NCBI RefSeq assembly: GCF_001194135.2
Contig: NC_068990.1
Location: forward strand, 60,469,366 to 60,530,672
Direction of reading: 5' to 3'
From: Octopus bimaculoides
Taxonomy: Eukaryota
DNA length: 61,307 nt
Both the position numbers and the translations under genes were made by a program. Positions 35,701-48,060 of this stretch are shown in pieces (position 1 is the first letter of the stretch; each line of letters begins with the position of its first letter). Under the pieces are notes generated by a model that did no database searches, was not told the DNA's origin, and was given only the letters and a program-made list of their open reading frames with translations.

Positions 35701-37341
35701 AGGACACAATGGATAATTGTGTAACAAAATTTTTATTTTTATTTATTTTTTGTCTTTGGTCAGTAAGTGTTATTTCCTATTTGCTTCTGTCTATTCCATT
35801 CAAATTTTGCTTTTGTTGTAATCTGGACATCAATGTTTTGAGACTGACCTGTTTTCCATTACATTTCAGACAGATTGAGTGCTGAGTTGCAGAAGCAGAA
35901 ATATCATTATAGCAAATATTCTGCTCCATACCACAGATTTGTTAGTCAGTTGCTTGACTTTGACCACTTGAGCATGTCCCTCAGTGGCTGACAATATGTA
36001 CATCTCTGATCATGAGCTGGAGTAGTGGGGTAGCATCATAGCCATGTATTGAGAGGGATTCTATGGGGTTTGAATAAATGTAACAAAAGCAAAGCTTGAA
36101 GGAAATATTAGCCATTTTTCATACTTTCAAGGGGTAAATAAATAGGAAATAATGGTTGTTACCCAAGAACAAAAAATCATGTTACACAGTGTAATTTAGT
36201 TTTATGATTACACTGTATCAGAATAGAAAACCTGATGGTCACAGCTAAAATGCTTTGATCATAAGTCTATTGAAATCAAATTGAATTGAGGGCTAATCAG
36301 CAGTAACAACGTCTTTATTCATTCCACTAATGAATAAAGAAACAAAATCCAGTACTCTCAGACTGAAAGACAAAATAGGTAGCCATTATTTCCATTCAAA
36401 TATGTTCTGTATATGCTTGCTTAAGAGCTGCAAAATCCAATATTATTCCAATATGCTGACATGTTAAAAATTATTCAAATCATTGACAAAAACAGTTTGT
36501 TTTCTTGATTGATTTGAAAGGCTCATTCACTGTTGAAATGTCACTGCAGTGATTTTTTTTCATTTTATACAGCTTTGCTTTATATCATATCTTTTTGCGA
36601 TTGTCAATACATTGTTTAATCTGATTTCTCTTTGACCCAATTGCTACAAAATGACAGTTTATCCAATACATAAACAGAATTCAGAAAATATTGCAGAAAC
36701 ATCTAATCTTGCTCTGAAACCAACTTAGACATTAAGATATATTTATATTTCCATTTTTCTGGCAAAACCTCAGAATGGTCATATCTTTAACAATACACAC
36801 ACATAATGTACTTATATATATATATATATNNNNNNNNNNNNNNNNNNNNNNNNNNNNNNNNNNNNNNNNNNNNNNNNNNNNNNNNNNNNNNNNNNNNNNN
36901 NNNNNNNNNNNNNNNNNNNNNNNNNNNNNNNNNNNNNNNNNNNNNNNNNNNNNNNNNNNNNNNNNNNNNNNNNNNNNNNNNNNNNNNNNNNNNNNNNNNN
37001 NNNNNNNNNNNNNNNNNNNNNNNNNNNNNNNNNNNNNNNNNNNNNNNNNNNNNNNNNNNNNNNNNNNNNNNNNNNNNNNNNNNNNNNNNNNNNNNNNNNN
37101 NNNNNNNNNNNNNNNNNNNNNNNNNNNNNNNNNNNNNNNNNNNNNNNNNNNNNNNNNNNNNNNNNNNNNNNNNNNNNNNNNNNNNNNNNNNNNNNNNNNN
37201 NNNNNNNNNNNNNNNNNNNNNNNNNNNNNNNNNNNNNNNNNNNNNNNNNNNNNNNNNNNNNNNNNNNNNNNNNNNNNNNNNNNNNNNNNNNNNNNNNNNN
37301 NNNNNNNNNNNNNNNNNNNNNNNNNNNNNNNNNNNNNNNNN

Positions 37342-37376
<35 letters not shown>

Positions 37377-37590
37377 GTGTTTGTGTATATGTTTGTGTGT
37401 CTGTCTCCCCAACATCGCCTGACAATCGATGCTGGTATGTTTATGTGCTCATAACTTAGCAGTTCGGCCAAATCAACCGATAGAATAAGTACTAGGCTGA
37501 CAAAGAATAGGTCCTGGGGCTGATTTACTTGACTAAAGGTGGTGCTCCAGCATGGCCACAGTCAAATGACTGAAACAAATAAAAGAATAT
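37342..37590 (+). mobile_element. SINE family A 3' half (head lost in gap)
   Basis: Tail ...gatagaataagtactaggc...ggtgctccagcatggccacagtcaaatgactgaaacaaataaaagaat. Confidence 0.85.
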
Positions 37591-37604
37591 ATATATATAT
37601 GAAT

Positions 37605-37880
37605 ACTGGTGCCATTTAAAAAGCACTTGTGGTAGTGCCACATAAAACCTACCTGTGCTGGTGCCACATAAACAGCTCCCATGTTGGTGCCACATGAAAA
37701 GCATCTAGTATGCTCTGTAAAGTGGCTGGCATTAGGAAGAGCATCCAGCCATAGGAATTTTACCAAAACAGACAATTGAAGCCTGGTGCAGCTCCCCAGC
37801 TTGCTAGCTCCTTTCAAACCATTCAAACCATGCCAGCATGGAAAACAGATGCTAAATGCTGCTGCTGCTGATGATGATGA
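37605..37880 (+). mobile_element. RTE-tail element with internal gtgccacata repeats
   Basis: Three to four repeats of ggtgccacata, then ctgtaaagtggctggcattaggaagagcatccagcc...catggaaaacagatgctaaat. Confidence 0.85.
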
Positions 37881-39529
37881 TGATATGTGTGTGTGTATGC
37901 ACGCTAACGCATGCATGTATGCATGTGAGTGTGTGTGAGTATGTGTGTGAGTGTGTGTGTGTGTATTTATGTATGTATGTATGTATGTATACTTATGCAT
38001 GTGCATATATACATACATACATACTTTATATATACTTTTATTTTGCTTCTTGTTAAAGGAAGGAGAAATTCCACTGGTCAGGAGACCCATTTGCTTTCAC
38101 TGTCAACATAAGATGCCATGGTTGATAATGTGTTGACATGTGTTGAGTCTGCTACATTTGCAGAGATTCCTGGAGAATGATGATGATCAACAAGTATAGC
38201 TGGTGGGGAGTATCATGGTTTGTGAGATTCTTCTTTACATGGCTCATCTCTTCGACTGATCTCTTGACCTTGCCTTTCTCACTGATCTCTTGGGACAACA
38301 CAGATTAATGTTAGACTTCTGGCAACTTGAAGGTTGTCAGTTATTCATTGCATTCTACCAGCTGAGTAATGCTATCAATAGAACATCCACACTAGTATTC
38401 TACAGAGAGTTAACAGACAGTATGAACAACTATAGTCTGGGAACAATCCTCAGATGCCAGCAAGTACTATCTGAATAGGTTCTTCTATAGGAACTTCAGC
38501 TCAGGTGTTAAGAGTAACTTCCTTAGTTGCCATACTGCCATGATATTATCAGTTTGAGATGAACTCTTAAGTCATAGTGGTGCTGTCAACTGAGATGCAA
38601 TGAAGGTGAAAACCATTCTGCCAATATTCAAGTGTAAATTGGAGTTATACTGGAAACCTGTTTATACACCCATAATGAATACAGCTGTCTGCTGAATCCA
38701 TTGTAAAGATTATCCAACCATCTTCCTTTAGTGAGGACGATTATAGGAAATTCCATGAAAACATTTTTGCTGTAGGAAAATTCACTGTATAATATATTAA
38801 ATTGTAAAAAAATAATTAGCTGGTTTTTTTTTTGTTTTTTTTTCACATACCAACTTCATCAACTAACCAATTAGAGAAAGGTAATTTCTTTAAAATTAGT
38901 TAAAACCCAGTTTATAGCCTGCTTAAGTTCCTCTTTTAGAGTGAAATTTCTTGTGGCAAATTTTTCCATGACAAATGAGCAATGTTCCTCTGTTTGATGA
39001 CCATAACAAAAAAGTTAGTGCAGAGGACAAGACTGTAATGCCTGAGAACAGATGCTTTCTTCTTCAGCCATGTTCTTGTCAATTGTTTCAATCATTAGTA
39101 GAAAGTGAGAGTGAGCATTGAAGACTGAAGTGTTACCCTCCTGCAGATTTAGTGAAAGTTTTGTCGAATGCTGAGTTTATCATAACTGGATGATTTCAAA
39201 CAAAATTTTCATTTGTAATTTCCTAGTGGAAAGGAATACACATGTTAAAAGGAATATAGAGATTTTTGTGGCATTATATTTTGCTTTAAGTGACTTTCCA
39301 CATTTTGAGGCATAAACATCATATATTTTCATCAGGCTTTGAGTTTTTTTCCACACCACATCAAATGTCTATTTAATTTGCAACCCATTTTGTGATAAAC
39401 CCCAGTCATCATCCTTGGGTCAAATGAAAACCTAATTATTATTGCTTTTTGATGTTGTAGCTGTAGTATGTTGTTGTTGCTTTTGTTGTTGTTGTTGTTA
39501 CTATTATTATTATTACTATTAGAATTGTT

Positions 39530-40120
39530 TGCATGCTAGACGAAATGCTTAGCAGTATTTCATCTGTCTTTACATTCTGAGTTCAAATTCCGCTGAGGTC
39601 AACGTTGCCTTTTGTCTCTTCATGATCAATAAAATAAGTACCAGTTGAGTATTGGGGTTGATGTAATCAACTATACCTCTACCACACATTTCAGGCCTTG
39701 TGCCTTTAATAGAAAGGATTATTATTACTATTCTTAAGAAGGTGGTGAGCTGGCAGAATTGTTAGCAGTTCAAGTTCTGCCAAGGTTGACTTTGCCTTTT
39801 ATCCTTTCAGGATCGATAAAATAAGTACCAGTTGAGTCCTGGGACCAATGTAATTGATTTGCCTCCTCCCCTGGACTTACTGGCTTTGTGCCAAAATTTG
39901 AAACCATAATTATCATTATTATCATTATTATTATTAGCACGCTGGAAAAAATGCTTAGTGGCATTTCTTCCAGTTTTACATTCTGAGTTTGAATTCCACT
40001 GAGGTCAACTTTGCCTTTTATCCTTTCAAAGTATCAGTTACACATTGGGGTTGATGTAATCAACTAGCCCCTTCCCCCAAAATTTCAGGCCTTGTGCCTA
40101 TAATAGGAAGGATTATTATT
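39530..40120 (+). mobile_element. Three head-to-tail SINE family B copies separated by (ATT)n
   Basis: Units at about 39530-39725, 39740-39930 and 39935-40120. Each has ttgcctttt..cctttc..(gataaaataag)taccagtt and ggccttgtgcc/ggctttgtgcc. Confidence 0.88.
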
Positions 40121-40129
40121 TTTATTACT

Positions 40130-40720
40130 ATGATGATTTAGAAAAGAAATTCCAGGCATGGAAGCAAAATCTATAACCAAAGGGCCTTAAAGTTAACTTT
40201 GCAAGAACCAAACTTTTTGGTAAGTGAGAAAATACACACACCTTCACCTCCTTCCGAAATATGGCTCTAATTGATATGTAGAAAAGATATAGGTAAAAAT
40301 TACTTATGAAATATCCAGTGCAAGCTATGGACACACGAGAGGTGCAATGGAATCACAGGATGATAGACAAAGAAAGTATATACTGTATGTGGCAGATGAG
40401 TCGGAGCAAAGAGCACATAGGAAATAGATTCTCTCAAATTCCCAGAAAGTGCTATTGGGATTGGAGATAGTTTCTGATACTTAGACTATCTAATTAGCAA
40501 TGCAAGAGGATGTTGTGAAAGTGTACTTGTTCTGAAAGTACAAGATGGAGAATGTTCAAGGAATTATTACCTTATTTGGTAACAATAGATCTCTCCTTCA
40601 AAGTGAAAGGTAGAGTGTAATGATACTCATGTATCACTCCTCTAACAATGACACTATATAGCTTCTGTAATAATATAACATCAGAATCTGCACATATTTT
40701 CTCCCTTTTGAACAAGATAC
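40130..40720 (+). mobile_element. RTE-clade LINE RT C-terminal fragment, degenerate
   Basis: Reads LEKKFQAWKQNL*PKGLKVNFARTK, QCKLWTHERCNGI and FKELLPYLVTIDLSFKVKGRV. Confidence 0.75.
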
Positions 40721-41534
40721 CTCCCACTCTTCCAGGAATCTCTTTTTTAATATCCATTTCTCATTCTCAATATCATACCTTCTCACTTTATTTTCTGTGC
40801 CTCCAGACACCTCTTGCTCTCCTCTAAGTTACATCTTAGGACTGTCACATCTCATCCTTAATAACCACTCATATCTATCCCTCTCAGCACTTTTTTATAT
40901 CTGCCATCAATGAACTCCCCATACATTTATCCTCCACTCACTATAACCACCACTACATGCCTCCAACTTCCATCTCTGTTCTTGTACATCTCCCTCTCTC
41001 TCTCTCTCTCTATCCTACCCCACATACTATCTCCCTGTTTTCTAATCTGTTTACAGGTTTATTATACTGCTGCTCTCAGTCCTTCCTCTGTTGCCACTTA
41101 TCACCTCCTCCTTTCTGAGCTATTTCTTTTACCTTCTCCCCCATACTGATATTTACCGTTGACCACACTTCCACCATTGTACACCATCCAGTACATTAAC
41201 CATTTTTCCTACTCTAACCATCTGTCACTTACCTTTCACACTCCTTTGAGCTTATCCACCCATACTTCTCCATCCACAGTCAGTAGTCTCTCTCCTCTTT
41301 ATACCTTGAAACTATGCTCTGATACCTTGTCACCAACATCTTTATCTAATTTCCAGTAACTCCTACCCATTCATATATAATTCAAGGTAAACATGTATCT
41401 CTTCTATAGCAAAACACTTGTCTCTGTTACTCATCACTTGGCCTAAAAGCCTCACCTCATCTACCATAATGCTACTTACTTGATGCGATTCTTCTTTTTC
41501 TTTTGTCTCACAAGTAATTTTGTAACCTTACTAG

Positions 41535-41735
41535 GTGTTGGCCTCATGAGAAATAGCACCTAATACATACACTCTGTAAAGTGGTTGGCATCAAGATGGG
41601 CATCAAGATGGGCATCCAGCTGCAGAGACCATGCCAAAGCAGACCTTAGACCTTAATGCAGTCCTCCAGTTCTTTGGATCCTATCAAACCCTGCAGCATA
41701 TGCCAGCATAGATGACAAACATTAAATGATGATGA
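41535..41735 (+). mobile_element. RTE-tail element
   Basis: ctctgtaaagtggttggcatc...ggcatccagctgcagagaccatgccaaagc...attaaatgatgatga. Confidence 0.75.
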
Positions 41736-42044
41736 GTTTCATGCATGTTTCTATCACATCAGGTGCTTGTCCTTGTGTATGCAGTATTGTTTTTTAAGGT
41801 TTTTAACCTAAGGAATAGTGAGTGAAGGGGAAGGAAAAAATGGGAAAAAGCTGCCTCTGGGTACAATCATCCTTAGATGCAGTTTTCCCTGGGTACAAAC
41901 ATTCCCAAATGCAGGTCATGAAGAGATGCAAAATTTTCTCTTAACATACCTGTTAATTAAAATGAGGTGCTAAAAATACCCTTACCATCAATCACATATC
42001 TTATTCTAAGCCACTGTTGCTGACCTGTGTCAGTATATCACATC

Positions 42045-42255
42045 AGTTTTGCTTTACTGCAGAGTTTAATTTGTTGTTTCAGATGTTGCATATATTTTCC
42101 AGATCTTTACATTCAAATTCTGCTGAGTTCAACTTTGCCTTTCATCCTTTTGGGGTTGATAAGATATATAGCAGCTGAACACAGGGATCAATGCAACCAA
42201 CTCCCCTCCCCTTGAAAATTGCCAGCCTAGTGCCAAAATTAGAAAGAATTATCAT
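42045..42255 (+). mobile_element. SINE family B copy
   Basis: caactttgcctttcatccttttggggttgataagatatatagcagctg...ttgccagcctagtgccaaaattagaaagaattatc. Confidence 0.7.
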
Positions 42256-42789
42256 TTGTAGTATCCATGGAATTTCCATGGTAATTTTGCAAATTATAAG
42301 ATTGGTGAAAGTTTACAGAGAACTATGAAATACATAATTTCTTTTCGAAATTTTATTTTTTCTGAAAATTTATTTCTTGAGATGATGTAAAATCCACATA
42401 GGAAGCACAGAAAGCATAGTCTTAAGAGAGAACATCTTTGAAAACAATATTCTTTGTTATACATTTGTCACCTCTTCTAGCTTGGGAGATGCTCTCTTAT
42501 TTTATCTTTACATCAAGAAGTGAATGCACTAAAGAAAGAACTAAACATAATAGCCCTTGAGAAAATACTCTCTCACTTAGCTTTGCCTCTCTATTGGGGC
42601 TATGTTACTAAAATTACTTTAAAATTGTTGGAAACGAAATTGAAGTCATAATCTGTCTGTGATATCATTTTGCTATGATAATATTATATTAGTAACACTT
42701 CAACAAATCTTAATATTCTGCATTGGAGATTTATTTTCATTTCAGTGGGTAGTATGCAAGGCTTGAACCCACAGTCCCAGTAAACAAAG

Positions 42790-42935
42790 TATAGTAAGTG
42801 TCTTGTGATTAAGAAACTTACCTTTCCAGCCCTCATGTGGTCTTGGCTTCAGAGCCTTGGGCTAACCAAAGCTCTGAGAGTGGGTTTGGTAGAGGGAAAC
42901 TCAAAGAAACTTGTCGTGTGTGTGTGTGTGTGTGT
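42790..42935 (+). mobile_element. SINE family A 5' fragment
   Basis: gccttgggctaaccaaagctctgagagtgggtttggtagagggaaactcaaagaaac. Confidence 0.6.
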
Positions 42936-43102
42936 TATATGTATTATTTAATTTCTCTGTCTGAAGAATTTCTAATATGAAATTCCTTACATGTAAAACT
43001 GTAATTCTAACATGTAAAACTCTGTAACTCCTTTTAGCAAATGAAATATGTGTAATAGTGAATAAATAATACTAATAAATTTTCAACTTCCTGTCTTGTT
43101 AC

Positions 43103-43178
<76 letters not shown>

Positions 43179-43597
43179 NNNNNNNNNNNNNNNNNNNNNN
43201 NNNNNNNNNNNNNNNNNNNNNNNNNNNNNNNNNNNNNNNNNNNNNNNNNNNNNNNNNNNNNNNNNNNNNNNNNNNNNNNNNNNNNNNNNNNNNNNNNNNN
43301 NNNNNNNNNNNNNNNNNNNNNNNNNNNNNNNNNNNNNNNNNNNNNNNNNNNNNNNNNNNNNNNNNNNNNNNNNNNNNNNNNNNNNNNNNNNNNNNNNNNN
43401 NNNNNNNNNNNNNNNNNNNNNNNNNNNNNNNNNNNNNNNNNNNNNNNNNNNNNNNNNNNNNNNNNNNNNNNNNNNNNNNNNNNNNNNNNNNNNNNNNNNN
43501 NNNNNNNNNNNNNNNNNNNNNNNNNNNNNNNNNNNNNNNNNNNNNNNNNNNNNNNNNNNNNNNNNNNNNNNNNNNNNNNNNNNNNNNNNNNNNNNNN

Positions 43598-43652
<55 letters not shown>

Positions 43653-44142
43653 TTGATTCCCAGTCTTTATGAATAATATAAATATTGTGTTGATTATAAA
43701 TTATATCTTTGATGTCGTTCCACAGTTGGAGCATATCAGTGACTTTTTGAAAGTTGAAATTAATGAAGATAATATTTAGCAAATGATGGTTATGTACACT
43801 AAGCACTTGCATTAAATCCTTCTGGATATTTTCTCCAATTTCAGTCTCCAAAAATATATAAATTCTTTGCACTGTGACTGCATCTATTAAATAACACCCA
43901 TCCAGCATCGTCATCACAAATTATTACAATTCTCACCAGATCAGATGTGTTCACACGCATACACATACATGTGCACAGACACACATTCTCACACACACAC
44001 ACACACATACACATGGATACATACATATATGTATGTATGTGTGTGTGTATATATATATATATATAGGAAAATGAAAAAAAGCCAGAATGCTAAACTGGAA
44101 GCATATTTTAATAAAGATTTCTTCTAACCGGTTTTCATTGCG

Positions 44143-44413
44143 AAAAGCAAATTATCAAGAAGAAGGAGAATGAAAATGTTTCTTTACAAAGAAGTACAAA
44201 ATGTAGAAAATAATATATAAAACAATAATATATAAATAAATAAATATACCCATACATTATATTGTCTTTGAGCTCAAAGACAATATAATGTATGGGTATA
44301 TTTATTTTTTTATTATTTTTTTATATATTATTGTTTTATATATTATTTTCTTCATTTTGTACTTCTTTGTAAAAAAACATTTTCATTCTCCTTCTTCTTG
44401 ATAATTTGCTTTT
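44143..44413. repeat. Spacer-less palindrome, arms ~130 and ~141 bp, centred on GAG|CTC (44272/44273)
   Basis: Arms are reverse complements with a few substitutions and one ~10-bp indel. The right arm runs into an N-gap. Confidence 0.92.
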
Positions 44414-44942
44414 NNNNNNNNNNNNNNNNNNNNNNNNNNNNNNNNNNNNNNNNNNNNNNNNNNNNNNNNNNNNNNNNNNNNNNNNNNNNNNNNNNNNNNN
44501 NNNNNNNNNNNNNNNNNNNNNNNNNNNNNNNNNNNNNNNNNNNNNNNNNNNNNNNNNNNNNNNNNNNNNNNNNNNNNNNNNNNNNNNNNNNNNNNNNNNN
44601 NNNNNNNNNNNNNNNNNNNNNNNNNNNNNNNNNNNNNNNNNNNNNNNNNNNNNNNNNNNNNNNNNNNNNNNNNNNNNNNNNNNNNNNNNNNNNNNNNNNN
44701 NNNNNNNNNNNNNNNNNNNNNNNNNNNNNNNNNNNNNNNNNNNNNNNNNNNNNNNNNNNNNNNNNNNNNNNNNNNNNNNNNNNNNNNNNNNNNNNNNNNN
44801 NNNNNNNNNNNNNNNNNNNNNNNNNNNNNNNNNNNNNNNNNNNNNNNNNNNNNNNNNNNNNNNNNNNNNNNNNNNNNNNNNNNNNNNNNNNNNNNNNNNN
44901 NNNNNNNNNNNNNNNNNNNNNNNNNNNNNNNNNNNNNNNNNN

Positions 44943-46030
44943 GACCTTTTCAGACATGTGCCTATACCGTCTTTTTTCTGTTGTTATTCTGTAGTGTTGG
45001 CATAGCTTCCAGTGTATATAGGTCCCAACTCTGTCATGTCTGTGAATATATTGCTTCTGAGCCAGGACTGGGCAGCCAGAGACAATATGATTTTTTTTTT
45101 TCTCCATCTCCACATATTCTGAAGTTACTTATTGTATTTCTTTTCATTACATGTTTTTGGTAATTTCTGGTGGGAAGGCTTTGATCTTGTACTGCAATTA
45201 AAAATCCTTCAGTCTCTGCTTTGAGTCCTGAGCTTCTCAGCCATTGTTGGAATTTTGCTTTGTCTTTTTTTTTTCTGTTTAGTCTAACTCTGTATTTGCC
45301 ATGTAGGGGCTTTTCTAGTGTTGTTTTATCATGGTTTTTTGTTGTTCCAGTTTAGTTTGGATTTCAGTTGCTTTACAGCTCTTATTGTTTTCTCTTTTTC
45401 TTCATAGTTGTCAGGTCCAATGACATTTTTCTTGTATTTTTTAGCTTCCTTGAAGACAGAAAATAGTTCTTTGTTTTGCTTGTGTTTCATGGCTATTTGT
45501 ACCAGTTTTCCTTAGTTTTGAGTTAGATATTTCTGTAATCCCATCATGGTTATTGTATAGTAGTTTTCTAGTTGTATAAGGCCTCTACTACCTTCAATTC
45601 CTTGCATATATAACCTTTCTATATCAAATGATGAGTCCTAAATTCTGTCATTATATTTTTTTGTTTTCTTGTCTAGTTTGACTAGTTTATTTAGCGTCCA
45701 ATTTAGAATATTCTAACTATAACTTATAACTTGGATAGCTAGAGTATTGATACCTATTATCTTGTTTTTTCACATTGAGCTCTGTTTTAAGTATTAAACT
45801 AATTCATGTATAGGATTCCTTCTTTATCTTTTCTTTTATTTGTGTGTGTTGTACCATATCTAATTCATTGATTCCTAAGTATCTGTATGTTTGGCTTTGG
45901 TCTAATTCTCTTATTTCATTTGCTTTATCTAGTGTGATATTTTTACTCTTAACTGGTTTTCCTTTTTTCAAGGTTGCTTTGATACATTTTACTAAGCCAA
46001 ATTTCATATTTATTTCTTTGGTAAATCCTA
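44943..46030 (-). mobile_element. R4/Dong-clade non-LTR retrotransposon, 5'-truncated and degenerate
   Basis: RT end reads INMKFGLVKC...LDQSQTYRYLGINE. The CCHC/RLE-proximal region reads HIVSGCPVLAQKQYIHRHDRVGTYIHWKLC. The 3' end is hidden in the gap. Confidence 0.85.
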
Positions 46031-46151
46031 TGATAATAATAATAATAATAATAATGATGATGGTGATGAGGATGAGGATAATAATAATAACAACAGTAAT
46101 AATAATAATAATAACAACAATAATAATAGTTCTTCTTCTTCTTCTTCTTCC

Positions 46152-46221
<70 letters not shown>

Positions 46222-46222
46222 T
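46031..46222. repeat. Compound (AAT)n-(GAT)-(TTC)n-(ATT)n microsatellite
   Basis: Directly visible. It explains the poly-Ile ORFs. Confidence 0.95.
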
Positions 46223-47749
46223 ACCTTTAATCTGCATGTTTGTTACAATCAGTAGCCGAGACGCACCCAGCGTCCTAGGGCAAGTGAAGGATAAGAGATG
46301 TTACAGTATGATTGAAAGCTTGGGGAGGAGAAGTGACAGGGGCAGTAGCAAAATATCTTCATGTAATACAACACAGACATTTAAATTTATGGGGTTTTTC
46401 TAAGGATGTGGGCAGTACTTGTCAGTACGATCTTACAGATTTCTCTGAGACATGGTTCTGGAGATCTTATCTAAATGTTTCTGAAATGCTTTTTTTTTTG
46501 TTGTTGTTGTTGTCGTCGTCGTCGTCGTCGTCGTCATCTTCATTTCATATTGAATATCTGCAAGCATTTACATAACCTTAAATATATTCATCTTGCAAGG
46601 AATGGTTGATCATTCACTTATATCTCTTAAAACTGAATTGATATAATACTGCAATTCTCCACAAAAATTTCTATTCTCATTTTTGACTATGATTTTATGA
46701 TTTTATCATGACATGTGATAAATTGTGTCTTGCTAGTAGTTTCACAATTTTCTGTAATTGTCTTCTCACAACTTTACTGCAAAGTTGTTATTTTTTTTTA
46801 TTTAATTTTACATGTTAAAGTATATCCTATACTTTTGGTAAAATATGAAATTGCAAGAAATTTCCTTGCCGGAAAATATTGACCTCGATCTCCCTCTCAC
46901 TCTTTCAGTGTGTATGTCTACATGCACTTCATACTTATATACATTTATTTATACCATTGATGCTGAAATCTGTTGAAATTTGTATATATTGTCCATGTAC
47001 AATATGCATATTTCAGTTCTAAGGATGAGATTAAGTTTCCTATATTTTCTGTATTTAATTCCAAATGCTTGAATTACATCTGTTCATGCACTTTGGAATA
47101 GAATCAAATATTAATTGTTTAAAATATATGTTGATGATATTGTGAAGTCGTATTCATTGATATGTCTCATAATCTTTGGAATACTCCTCTCAGAACTCTC
47201 TAGTCCCATATTCTTTTTCCACACTGAAAAGCACATCACTACAAAATTTGATTTTTAATTGTATACAATTTTGCATTGAAAGCATTCATTTCTGCACCAA
47301 TTCCTTGCTTTTCAATTTCCAGGTCTACACTTTTACCTTTTTATTTTTTATTTTTTGATATAGAATGACCCTATTAAAACTAATTCTACTGTGCTCTTTA
47401 TTTAACAAAGCTGACCTAAGTGTGTCAGAGAGAATGCAGGCAGGCATAAGGAATAAAGCTACTAAGAAGTATTACTGAATTAATATGAATGATAGGAATT
47501 GTAGTCATAAAAAAATTTCTGTGGGAAAAAATTTTCCTGGTTATGTTGATAAAATTTTACTTGCATGAAGTATCTTCAAGGAGAATAGTTTACAGAAATA
47601 ACTAAGAACTGATAACACTTTCTTGTGAAAAAAAATATATTGCTTTGTCTTAAGTGAACTGGAAAACTAGTCTAATAAGATAACAGCCATAAAGTTGTCA
47701 TTGAAAAATTGAAATCTCTTATAATTTCAATGATGAACAACTTCTGCCA

Positions 47750-48060
47750 GTTTTCTATGGCTCAAAATAGACTAATATTTCATAAACTATATGTTAATTG
47801 GCGACTCATTGTTGTTATGTTGATCATTTGTATGGCTCAAATATACTAATATATTATAAACTAGATATTAATTGAGAAGTCACATTAATTACCTTGATAA
47901 CTTTCCATGACTCAAAACAAACTAATGTATTATAAAGTACATACTTATTGATGAGACACTGTCCTTATTTTGACTCGTCATTTCTGTGGCTCAAAATAGA
48001 CTAATATGGTATAAAGTATATGTTAATTGATGAGTCAATGTTGTGATCGTGTTTGATCAA
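47750..48060. repeat. Four-copy diverged tandem repeat with a 75-79 bp unit
   Basis: Anchor (t)ggctcaaaatagactaata at 47759, 47834, 47909 and 47988. Confidence 0.85.

Noticed and set aside
47363-47478. Signal-peptide-like micro-ORF MTLLKLILLCSLFNKADLSVSERMQAGIRNKATKKYY*
   Set aside because: Only 37 codons in AT-rich DNA, which favours hydrophobic codons; no other support.
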